Source of the DNA: Tubulanus polymorphus
Taxonomy: Eukaryota; Animalia; Nemertea
Direction of reading: 5' to 3'
NCBI RefSeq assembly: GCF_964204645.1
Contig: NC_134025.1
Coordinates: 10,106,001 to 10,170,000, forward strand
DNA length: 64,000 nucleotides
The notes under the pieces were generated by a model. It was not told where the DNA came from. It saw nothing but the letters and a program-made list of their open reading frames with translations, and searched no databases. How positions within the stretch are numbered: position 1 is the first letter of the stretch; each line of letters begins with the position of its first letter. Of this stretch, positions 47,542 through 60,700 are shown one piece after another. The position numbers were made by a program, and so were the translations under genes.

Positions 47542-49939
47542 GCTAAGGAATTTTACAGCGTTTATCATGGCTGTTGAATAAACTGATAGGTGTATTAGCT
47601 TTTCTGTGCTGTAGAGTATCGAGGTGGCTGAAGTAATTTCGTCTAATTTCTCCTGATAACTAAATTATCTTCTCTAATTGTCAGCTATAACATGGTTATC
47701 AATATGTTTCAGCACTACGGTCCCTCAAATACCTCAAAAACCATATTGTATTTCAAAATTCAATTTTAAGGGTATAAAAACCTTAGAAAATCACTGATTT
47801 CTTTTACATATTTCCTAATTTGAAATGAAAGCATACGAAGAGGTTGTGCTAACTAAACTACTTAATTATTGTATGCTATCAATACATTGTATTACAATTC
47901 CATGTTGGCATTGATGCAATTTTCAATTCTGATGTTGGAAATTGGTCCTGCTACGCTTAAATTGGATATTTTTTGTCTGGATTTAGTTAGATTTTCATAC
48001 GTACGGCACATTAAGAAAAATATATAATCATGAAGTTAAATTGAATATTTCAATGCGAAAATTATTATAAAAAGATTATACATTATATTCTGTCGTTGTA
48101 TATGAATTAGTTTGAATTTTCTATGATTTTGTTATGATTGAGAGTTGATGCATTTATACTTTATATTTTTTGTTTGTTTCGTAGATTCAATGATTTAAAA
48201 GGTCTCCCGAAAGATTACCCAACTTGTATGTTCTGTAAATAGATTTCAGATTTGACATCCACCCTTTGTTCAGTATTATAACGTCTTCAATTCTTGTCGC
48301 TCCTCGGTGCAATAGTGATAGTTTATGCCGATGTGGGTCCCAAGACCACTGTTATATTTGTACCCCTAGTTATGCAAGATGGTTTTGTAATTCAATTTGT
48401 GCTAATCTCAACCGTGTCCATGTTAGATAGCACCAGTCCAATCGGTAAAGAGATTTCTACATTTACGTTTGTTCGACTCATTCTGTAATATCATTTCTAC
48501 CTTAAGTTTTGAAAATTTGTAATAAACAATTTTTGTTCGAAAACCTATTTTATTGTCCTGGGTTGTTGCATTACATTCCTTGTTCAAGCAAGCTGAATTG
48601 GATTGCGTGTGTATGATGGGGTGGTGTCAGTACCAGTGTCCCTAGAGGCAAGATACAAGTCCACATATCGCTCACCCAAGAGCCGTTGGGTGTGACTCTT
48701 CTAAACTGCTGAGCTTCCCAGGGAAAGATGACTAAATGGTAGTGATGAAATGCGCAGTGGAAAGTTGGCCAAAGTGTGATGTCAACCAGTTGGGCCCATG
48801 CATAACACCAGACAGGTATAGAGTACATCTTATTAGAGCTATTCATGTGAACAGCATCTTTGTTTGATTGCCGCCTGCTGGAGCTCACGCCAACACAAAC
48901 CCTGGCCGCAGACCCTTCATCGGTCGAGTACATCGCCCACAATTTCTTGGGCGGACAAGTTCCTGCTCAGCGCCCACCAGTCTGATTGGCCAGTATCTAG
49001 CCAATCATCTGCGTGGTATTTATAGAGCAAACGTGTTTGTGTTGCCGTGAGCCCCAGCGAGCTCCAATCGAACCCTGGCAAGCGAGGATAGTGAACAGTT
49101 ACACAAGCATACTACAAATTCAGTGCTTTGCACCAGGTGACCATTGACGAGCGCATCGAAACACTACGAATCAAGCTAACTCATTTCATAGCTCCACCAG
49201 AACTCTCGGTAAATTTATGTAGTAACCAGATCAGTTGTATTCCGTGAAGAGGACTCACTTGAAGTAAATGAAGACAATGACGGTGTAAATGTAGATATTC
49301 TGGAATACTTGTATTTGCAACATTAGCCGTTTATACATTTTTACAAAGCGTCTATACATACATAGTATATACACAACATTTTTCTTAAATGGTTAATAAT
49401 CGTTTTTTCATTGCATTAGACACTTCATTCGTAAATATATTTCGGATGAATTTGAAATAACACGCTCTTTAGAGCACGACAGAAGAAAACTACTGGTAAC
49501 ATTTCAGACGTTGTTTCCGAATATTCACTAGAACAATTAGGTAATGATGCAAATGTCAGCGTTACAGTTTCTTAAGCACCAAGATGATTCTACAGGTTAT
49601 TATGTAACATCGAAACAAATAACAATACATTCAAATTGTTTAAAATATGAGAAAAAATGATTGATATACCAGTAGATTGTAAACTGAATAATGACTGCAT
49701 GGCAAATACTGACTGAATTATAGACCAGTCAACTGATTTATATATAATATATATAACCAAACAAAAAGTCAAAGAACGCACATGAAAATAAATGAAATAC
49801 AGCCACCTTCATCGCGCAGCGTGATTGGTTGATGGGACTTCGACATGCAATGTGATTGGTCAGCTAATGTAATACATGCACAGTCAGGTTCCATTGAAGT
49901 CGGATCCAGCCGTCCCAACTCGAAATCCATTCACATCGC

Positions 49940-50085
49940 CAGGGGCTTGCATTTGAAGTTTGGAGGGGAATAATAGCTTAGATCATCCAGTATCCCAGGT
50001 ACTATTTCTTTTTATACATACAGTACCTGGGATATTGGATGATCTACGCAACTATTCACCCCCAAACTTCAAATTCAAGCCCCTG
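49940..50085. repeat. Long hairpin / palindromic MITE
   Basis: ~64-bp arms caggggcttgcatttgaagtttgg...atcccaggtact and agtacctgggat...ccaaacttcaaattcaagcccctg around an ~18-nt loop. Confidence 0.85.
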
Positions 50086-51028
50086 TGATCATAATCAGTT
50101 ATCAATCACTCAATGAATTTGATCATGGTCAACAGTTTTCCAACCTTACTATTTCTAGAGGATACAGAAATTTCTCATTCTTATCACGAAAGTAGCTTAA
50201 ATTGTATGATTGTAAATTTTACGACTCTTGGCACATAGTAGTTCAACAAGCAGCTTAGAAATACAAGTTTCAAGGGGATAGCTCGAGTTTGTGAGTTACT
50301 TTTAAGATGAATAGATGAATGAAGAACCTCGACGCAACAAAGTGAATGAAAATTTTACTCTTAAAAGATACAAGGAACAAATATTTTACAAATTCCAGTC
50401 AGAATCTATGAATGATTACTACACAGAAAATTCACATAAATTTCTGTACAGTGCATCCCACAAAAAGGTTGTCAGGAAATTTTTTAATGTTGATTTCATT
50501 GTACATGTAATGATTATATCCGATCTTCTTTTATCCACATCTCCTAGTCATGTGATGACTGAGCAGCATTCAACTGATTTTGACAGGGAGGTGGGACCTT
50601 ATAAATACTATACCCGTAATTGGCACACAGTTATCAATTTTCTAACAGACAACCTTTTTTTGGGATGCACTGAACGATCTCATAAATACCGCGCTAACGC
50701 CACAGGAAAAGTTTCATATGTTTATGATACCGGTAGCCACTATCATAGACACATCAAATTCTTGAATCCCTCTTCAAGGCCCGGATATTCAGTTACAGTG
50801 ACCAGTGAATAGATGTTCAAACCAATTTAATTTTAGCTTTTTACTATATTTCAGCAACACAGCCCCGAAGCACTTATATCTATCTACGGTATATAAGCCT
50901 TATAACGAAATACCGTATTTGATAATACCAAGTATTTTCTATCTGTGTATCGATTACTAGGCCCACATTTTTTTAAATGACATGGAAACATTTCTCCTTA
51001 GACGTGGAGTTAAGTTATCTATTATAGA

Positions 51029-51302
51029 CAGGGGCGGAACTAGGGGAAGGTCTCAGGGGTCGGGTACCCTGCCTTCCCACTGAGGTTGCCCTTTTCATCA
51101 AGACAGAGATCGTTAAAACCCGTAAGTCTGACACCCTTCATCCTCTCGGGATTTGCATTTTCTGAGATGTATTTTTTTCATAAAAGTCTTAACACCGAGG
51201 GTGGGACCTGCCTAATGGCCTTTGACATGGCTCCTATTTCAGAGAAATGCCTTTCATTTTCTTCTGGACCCTCGCCTTCCAATTTTCCTAGATCCGCCTC
51301 CG
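51029..51302. mobile_element. hAT-like MITE (CAGGGGCGGA termini)
   Basis: caggggcggaactagg...cctagatccgcctccg with 8-bp near-identical flanks attataga / agtataga. Confidence 0.65.
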
Positions 51303-51786
51303 AGTATAGAATTATAGTACAGGACTCAACCTCACTCAGTCACATTGGAACATACATCTACACCACGTGTTTACAATCAGAGATATTGGAAGTTTCTAAA
51401 ATAAACCATTTAAATTCTATCAAATGAGGAGATGTCTACTGAAATATTTTTCCTCATGTAATCTGATTCCAATAGAAAAAATATGTTAATTATCAATACA
51501 ATTCTTCGACGAACAATGAGTCATCAATTGAATGCAAAACACTTTGAATAAATAAATAAATAAAAAATTACTCGATTAAAATGTACACGCTCCATGTTTG
51601 CATATCGACGATGAACCGAAAATGCAAAATATCGAAGAAACGAAGCAGCCTTTCAGTACACCGGATACAATGACTAAGTAGTTCATTACGAGTTAAAATA
51701 ATCTAATAATTCACAAGACCAAAAACAGTGCGCGCACATCCAAGCAACATGTCCAACATCCACTCGTATCTAATCATCAAAATCAA

Positions 51787-54700
51787 TCATAAACTCTCGT
51801 CCTGTTTCCATTTTTCTTCTTGTTCTTTCTTGGCATCGGGTAGAAGTTGATTTCTCATTCCGCCTAACACGTTGGATGTAGCCTCCGACACGAGTATCAA
51901 CGGCTGAACAACTGTCGGCGGTATTTGTCGTAGCACTCCGCCGACCGCTCCAGTGACACCTTTCAGTTCGTGTTCTTCTGTTGCTACTTTGACGATAGCA
52001 TCAGCGGTACCGGTAACACCCTGTAGAATAGAAAAAGATTTCGATTTTGAGTACCACTTATGAGACTATGACCAATCTTTGACACATTGTACCTATATTC
52101 AATACACTCTTGACCCATCATTACTGTCAGGACAAAAACCCCTTTGGAAAACATCCCTACATCCTATGACCGTTAAATAATACTTTACAACCTTCTGGAA
52201 ATACAACCCTATGGCAATTGATCAGGGCAACCATCCAGAATTTTTCAAAAATTCATTATCGACACAATGTATGACGATTTTAATCCCCAACAAAGACCTA
52301 CTAGAAAATGAAAAGTGAAAAATGAATTGATGATCAATTCCCCAAATTCATATTTTGATTACCGGTACTATCGCAAATGCACTCGGAAAGAAAGGCCAAA
52401 TGATTTTCATATCAGTAAGTAATAATTGTATTTTGTGAAAACATACTGTTGTAACCTAGGATTAAATCGATTATCAACATACCAAAATCTTCATTATAAT
52501 TGATTAATCAATCTTGTAACTGCAGGGTAAATAAATCAATATCACTGCCAAGAGATTTTTGACGATCGATTACAAAAAGGGATATTCATTTCAATGATTA
52601 TCTTACAGTTCATATTCACATTCGAAGCAGACGGATTCAGCAATGATGACATCATCTACGAACACGACCGTGGTTACCACGATTACATCGCAGACGACAG
52701 ATTCGCGGATTTATTGGTGCATGTTTTGGGATAGAAAACCTAGAATTCTATTGCGTTCTCGACCGATTGGATTCACGTTGGGCAGAATTCTGCGATTGCT
52801 CATCCGACTGATCGGTTTCATATTGAACGCGATAACGATCGTGCTTTTGTTCAAGTGTCAACGTCAAAGATCGGTACGTACTACGTTCATATATCTGATT
52901 ACGCTCGGCATTTCCGACGAAATCGTCGTTCTATGCGAGCTACGAGACTTCTGGTTCGACATTTTTAACTTTCTTGTCAAAACTCTGCGGTTATATGCGA
53001 ACAGATGTCGTTTGTTGCAGAAAGAATTTTTCCACGCAAAGCCATCCTGCCCGTTTTACCGTTTTCATTATTTCATGACAATCATACCGAAATTTAAAAT
53101 ACCGCAGTTTCATCCGTATTTCGAGGATCCGGCGCAGTCATTTTCGAATTGGATCATCATCGCTATAGCGATCGAGCGTTATGTCGCGATAAGAGCACCA
53201 TTTTTTCACCGGCGACATTACACGACGCGAGTACGCGCATTTGTTACAACTCTAGTACTGTTTATATCGTACGCGCAGAATGCTGAACAGATCGCCTTCA
53301 AGATGATTAGAATTGACCGATACATCGCATCCAGAAATTTGACTCTGTCCCTGTGGTTGATGTCGCCAATATCGCGAAATCGTAAGCTGACTTATTTCAC
53401 ACAGGTGCCACGTTCATTGATTCAAGATGCTATTCCAGTTCTATTCGTCATCGTATTCTCACTACTGACGGCAGCCACTATGAGAAACCGAAGCAGAGGC
53501 GTAGCCCTTATTTCTTCGGACAACAAACTCTCGAAAACTGCGAGTAAAACGCTTTTATGTGTCATCCTCATGTTTTTGATAATGATCACTCCTGTAACAG
53601 TAACGTGGAATTTGGGCAATATTGCTAATGGTCTCAGATACTTATTATATAATGATAAGAAACGCCAGTGGACGAAAACCTTCGCTTATGCAATGCTTTT
53701 CATGTATACATATCCAAATATGATTAATCAGTTTGCGAGAATTCTCCGAAGGGCGGTGCATTTCATGAATTTCTTCATATACCTATACACGCTGCCTGTT
53801 TTCCGTACCGCATTCATTGAGTTATTTCAAATTTGCCATTGTGGTTGTAAATGTCGCCGTAGCAATTGTCCCAATTTCAGGCGTAAGGAAAAATAAAATT
53901 CGAAGGTCAACATCTTGATCTAAAATTAGCACTCTCTAAACCTGCTTGCACCTATGTTCTGACTTCATTTACAAGTATCTAACTCAGCAGTCAGAACCTT
54001 GCTCTAATGCAGCAATATTTAATAAGGTAAAAAATCTTCTTCGGCATATCTATCAAATTTTTCATATCATTGAATTACTAAAATCAGTGAGATCTGTTTG
54101 TAAATAACACACAACAATGAATTGGGTTCTCACATAGATTTGAAAATAAGTCTCTCAACCCGCAATCAACACAAGTTGCGCAACCAGCCCTAATGGACTT
54201 ATTTTTGAATGGATGAAAATCAACGTTTCAAGAAATGAAATAGGAACTGGTGCTGAAAAGATCCTCGAACCAAATTCGAATGGATTTAAAGCCTACTGTT
54301 ATTCTAAGAGCAAAGAATCCTAGAATCTAAAGTCCCAAAGTCCTTAATTTCCCATACAATATGATGTACTTTGTTATTACTTACCTCTTTCACGACCATA
54401 ATTGCATTCGAAACACCTTCCCTGATATCAGATGGTTGAGCCAATCGGCAATGTCTTTTATAACGCTTGATTCGGTTCAAGCGTACGCTCGGACCAGGAG
54501 ATACCATGTCATAGGCCATTTCTGCAGCATACTGAAATCAAATTGCAAACATTTATGCGCATGAAGTAAGCAACTAAAGAGAGTGCTTGTTTGCTAGGCC
54601 TGCAAATTTTCATAAGATCATTTTTAACATATGTTCATATAATTCTATTCTAACATATTGTTGCCAAATATGAAAATCTATAATAAATCTGATCTGTACC

Positions 54701-57700
54701 ACATCTGTAATCCAGATTTTCAGCAACCGCATTCCAGAAATTGTTAAATCTTTGGTCAAAAGTAAATTGCTCCACACAATTCAGCAAGGCAAATATGCCT
54801 TTTTTATTGCATTTTTATCAAGAATTTATAACGCGATGAACACCAATATCTAAGTGTTTCTAAGTGTAGCCTACCTGCACGCTGAGGACTAATCGTTGCG
54901 TCAGTTCTAAAGCGGCCATTGCTGTACAAGTAGTGAACGAATGCGCTCCGCGTTGTATTCCGCGAACTATACGACCATCTTTCTTGTACTGTTCAATCGG
55001 CAACCAGAACAAATCTCGAATTCCCTGGACTGAAAATGATAAAACATGGGATGGTTTTTTCCTTGAATGTTACATCTACTATCTCAGCATGTTTCTACCC
55101 TACAACAACAGTACTTACATAATTGCACAAATGAATGCATAGGTCCTACACCGCCTAGAATGCTGGGGAGCTGATTAGTCTTGATGTCCTGAAGCCAGTC
55201 ATTGATGATGTGCATCATTAGTCTGTCAACTCCAAGAACACTGCAACAGAAGTAAAATGTACATATGGTACGTCCTACTTACCCAACATTCCGGTAACCC
55301 CCTAGAATGGCTTTACTCACCCATGTCTATAATTCAATCTTCTCAGACGTAGCTCTGAGCAATTCAACTGAGCAAGACCAGCTAGAAGGCCAGCTATAGT
55401 ACCCTATAAGTGCATAAAAAGGCCATGAAGTATTTCGAATGGTACCAAAAATACATATGTATTTTTCATAGTACCCTATATTTATGGTAAATAAAATGAA
55501 ATGCAACATAAAAATTCTGTCTCTATCATATTACCTGCCCCATGTCCAGTCTTTTCCCATGATAATCTAACCGAATAGGTACATCTGGCGAGAAAACGAA
55601 TGTCCTACAAATACATCATGAATAAATGAATACCATTTCATGTTTCTCTTTTGCCAGTCGTTTTTGAAATTCAACCGAGGACACAATAACGGTACTCACT
55701 TGAAGTATACAGGTTGCGTAGGTTCCTCCGTTTTTTCTTCAAGTTCGTCGTCTTTTTCTTCCAGCGCGTACGCGATCTCGTCAAACATGATCAACTGTTC
55801 CTGAGTATCAATGTAAGAATGTTCCGGCGAGGGCCCTCCGAGCGTCATTACGGGTGGCGGTGAAGACGCTTTCCCGGGGCTGCTCGATATTTCCGGACTC
55901 GGACACGGTATATTCACCGGAGATGCGGAGGTTTCGCCGGTTACGGAGGCGAAGAAGTTCTTCAAGAAAAACAAAGCATCCTGCAAAATAAACCAAATTC
56001 TAATAGATGCATAGTAAACTACAGTGTATGTATAAATATAGATCCCTAACTTTTAGATGTAAACGGTAAAGAGTTGCCATGATCTTGTGTTCACACAAAC
56101 AAGGTCTCAACTAATTGAATCTATCAAAATCTTTTCTAATTTTGTATGTAACAGATGTCTGAAAGACATAATGATGTTGCCTACCTGATCGATGTTCAGA
56201 CGAAGCGGCATTAGTGAAACTTTTACAGAACATTCCTGAGACGGAACTTGAGGATCCGGTCGAACATGCAAGGCTTTCACCAACAGCTGAAAAACATAGT
56301 AAAGCAATATACATGAAAGGAGATACATGGAAAGAAAGCTATTGTGGAAAATAAGTGAGGATTCCTTTTGTGTTTAACTTCGTCTATCAGGGTTAGTCAA
56401 CTGTTTGTGAAATAAGTAAAACCGAATGTCATTTAGTCAGTACGGTACCTAAGTCCGAAAATAGTGAACCACTCAACTGAGCACACTCGCTGTAGTTGGA
56501 ACTTAGACACTGTGAAATGCGTAAGTCCAAACTATGATACATTTGATTATTAGCTCCGACCACTATTCAAATAACTACAAAAACTGGTTCGCCCAATGTG
56601 TATGTGGCAAAAGAGACTGCCAACATTCAATTTAAATCTATCCAAAAATCTCTTTAAAATGAATAACTTGTCAAATTAGAAGCATGAAATAACAGTTTAT
56701 AAAAAGGTATTAAAAAAATTCAGATATGCCCGACGGCAACAGGTTCATCCGAAAGATATCTTACCATGTTGGCGTGTGATTGTCTCGGCATGGCTTCTGA
56801 GGTATACTGGTACAAAAACTTGTTGATCTGAGACGATACTAAACGGTCGCGGATTTCCAATTCGTTTACGAGGAATATCTGACGCGAAGCCTGTTCGGTG
56901 GTGTCCGGGTAAATCTCAGTCTGCATCCGCACCTATGTCAAACAACATCAGTGTATTAGCAACATACATAAATGCACATATAATAGCGTACCTTTCACAG
57001 AAAGCAGAGATAGTTTATTTTGCACTTAATCTCTAGCGTATGATGAGCTGTGACAAATCACATACAGATGAGAATTTTTTGACGCCGTAAAATCTATATA
57101 TTGGCATTTCAAAATAACAATTACAATTGTGAATTTTGGCATTTATTTTGTGATGAAATATATATTATTTCAAAACTCTTATCTTTGATCAAATTTTGAT
57201 AATTGTTTTTACGTTGATGTGCACTTAGTCTTCAATACATTGGGGCTAGACTGGTTGCGGGTCAATTAAATTCAATACTTGATATATTCGAATCCAAAAT
57301 AATTTATGTGTTATCTTTCCAGGTATCAATAAACTTTCTTGTCGTTTCCAATTCCAAATTTCTTATTAAAAAATCCTTAAACAATGAAAGTAGCAAAGCA
57401 ACATAGACCGTAAATCATTAGTCCATATAAAGGCCAGCCTACCTTATTCATCTGAAGTTCCATGAGAACATTATGGTCCCTATCCGGTCCACCCCTGGCC
57501 TGCCAGGCTAATTTTCCGAATCCACCAGAATCCCGCTGAGTGGTAATAGGAGTACTTTTACCATACGTCACACGCGTCGTACCGTACATGTTCACTTTGG
57601 ATTTCTCGTTTTTTCGATCAACGTCGGAAAAGTCTTTGCCGCCATACAAATGCCAAACGAGAGACATTTCACGTAACGTGTATCGATAGACGGCTTGCGG

Positions 57701-60700
57701 AAAGTGTTCCGGCGCTTTTAAGACGTTGTGCGTTCCGAGAGGTATCGAGAAATGATTTTCCTTGATGACTATCGGTTCGTCGGATAACATGCGAACAATC
57801 GGTTCACCATCTCGAGGCTGAAACGTAAGTGAAAATTCAAAAGTTTAAAAACGTATTTGCGTATTCGGTTACATCACGGGTTTCAACAAATATTCCTAAA
57901 GACTAAGAAATTTTCGGGTTGAATCAGGGTGGCAGGCTCAAATAACCTCTCCTGACTATCGATATCGAAAATAAAAAACACCTCGGAACCACTGACAATA
58001 AACCTTATATATATATACTAAAGACTATCTGTTCTGTACTAGTTATCTATAAAAGTTATTCAAATCAAATGAAATCATAATATCTACTGGGTATGATAGA
58101 TGAATGAAACGTACCCCGATTCCGAGTCCAGGATCGTCTATAATACAAAACTCTTCTTCATCCTCCTCATCACTGAACGCATCAGACAATACGCTGTTCG
58201 CAAACGAATCCTGGCTCTCATCCATCACCGCTGTAATTTGTCTCGTAACGGGTGAAGAGGGTGACCCGTCAGCCGGGACTGTCGCTTGAGTCTCGTCCGG
58301 GAAGAAGTAAACCTCGGTGACCGAATCGCGACGACCCGAGTTTGCGTCATCGGTCGATTTCTCCGACGCGCTCGACGGACACGTCGATTCTTTCATGGCG
58401 TCTTCCATCATGCTGTGCATCTCTTCCATTTGAGACTGGGTCATCGATGGACTGCTCGATAGACTATTCTGCCTCGACTGGCCGCTCTGAAACGAATGTC
58501 ATTGACCAACTTCAATCGGTTTCTACATGACCACATATTTTGCAGAAGAGACCTTGATTTCAATCACATTACTACATAATACACCAAAAACAATGCAGTA
58601 ATATACTTTTTTTTCTAAATTTAGCCTGGATTGGTTGCATTACCAGCAAAAATTCCTCATGGGAAGCTAACATGAATCAGAATGTTTTTTATTATGGCTG
58701 TTAGGTACCGGTATGAGTTTTGCATATGCAGTTACGGTAGTTACATAGTTGCCTATATATCATATCATGATCACGCAAGTCCAAAGCAAATGCATTCTGG
58801 TATTTAAGAATGTCAATTCTGGGGTCAAGGGAAACAGATTACAAGTGCCTACAAGCCTTCAGGCTTAAACAGATAATACACAACTAGATGAATGGCCTAT
58901 CCTGTATTTTGGTCGTAAGAAAGTATCAAAAGAGTATCGCGGTTAGAATTCAAATAAAATCTACCTATACAACTCCGAATTTACCTTCGAGCTGGAATCA
59001 TCACGGAGGTTTTCGATGTCGTCGCTGAGATCTCCGTCGCTAGCCACGTATTGCACGAGCTGTAACAACGCTCGCATCGAGTCGCTACACGTTCGTATAT
59101 GGATGATATTATTCGACGCTCGTAAATCAATTTTCGGATGTCTCTGCAAAATCAATTTCATTCGATAGTACGTGAAGAGATATGCAGATACTCACGCCAG
59201 CAAACATATTACGAGAATCCCATAAGAAAGACGAAAAAGTTTGAAAATGTTTTTCTTGAACTAGAGTAGTTTATTCAATATTCAATGTTTCGACTATAAA
59301 CTTATAGCCTTACTCAATGGGACCAATTGCCAACTGGTAAATATTTATTTCACCTAGATGACCAGGTATCACATTAACCCTTTCAGTGCGATGTATAAAT
59401 CACTGATGGACTTAACTAGTACACCACGTCACGCGGTGTATCGGTTTAATTGGTAACTAGTTTTAATCTCGATTGAAAGATGGCAAAAAATATCAAACAG
59501 TGAAATATTAGTAAGTAACGATACGCAGCACAGCGGTGTAGATGAACTATAGCAGTGTGCCCATCAATCAACACAATGGGGTGGAATTTTTTAAAATTTT
59601 CAAATTATCTCCAACGCTTCTGGGTATTAATTCATCAGTACTGAAAGGGTTAAAATAATGAGTTAGGATATGTCGACGTTTAGCAGCCAAGGACAGAAGT
59701 GATACAAGCTAGCAAGGAGGCTACTGGACATATGAACCAGTAGGCCCTATATAAAACTACCACCTAAGTATATCTCGTTGTGCCCAGCATTATCACTTTA
59801 ATACAAGAAACCAACATGATTTTCAGATTCTAGTTCATACAGACACTTACGGAATTATTTCCATCACTGGTGATCAATGATAGTTCAAATGAACCCATGT
59901 CCATCACGCAAACATAATCTGTAAATAAATGAAAAAGAATTACTAACAAAGTACACGACAAAAGACACTAGACATTCACTAATTGAAATCGCTTTAGGAA
60001 AGAATATGTATTACTTTTTTTCAAGTCAACGCCGTGTGCTTTATATTTTTCGGACAGAAATAAAGCTGCATCATCGACTATGAATCTACAATACAAAATC
60101 CGTACAACATTCAGATACTGTTAGATAGATCTATTCATTCCAAGTAAGCAAGTCGATTTCCAAAAGCGGAATGTAGCCTACCTGAGAAGAGATGTGTCAG
60201 AATTCGCGATGATGTTACTCGAAACGCTGAACGACTCAACTGTCACCAAAGTGCGTAGAGGTAAGAATACCGGTCTACAATACAATGTAACATGACAACT
60301 ATCTAATATACAAAATATAGAAGAAATTCAACATGTATATAACATTGTACACTATTATACAATACACCTGGGCCCAGTTAAGTCATGATTTCGATATACT
60401 AAATCAAAGAACTAAGCTGAAACCTAAAACAGAGTTTTACTGCAAGCAATGATCCCAGATGGATTGGTGTACTGGCCCACTCATAAAGGATAATATTGCT
60501 GTTATATTGCTGTTGAACCATGCTGGGCTTATGGTCTTTGAGTGTTGGGTCGATTTCAAAGTCAGGTTGATTTCTAATCACCGCGAAACAAAATTTGATG
60601 GCAATTTCCTTGATTTTTAGTGCTGCGATAGTTGTCTGGCGATCCCCTTGGCCATCAAGCGATCATCCCTAATTACCTGTAATCTAAACAGCAGCTCCAT

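Noticed and set aside
46766-47568. Several minus-strand ORFs
   Set aside because: Antisense shadows of the GC-rich last homeobox exon.
50315-50812. 165-aa plus-strand ORF
   Set aside because: No domain-like features; AT-rich sequence downstream of the ATG2 stop on the opposite strand.
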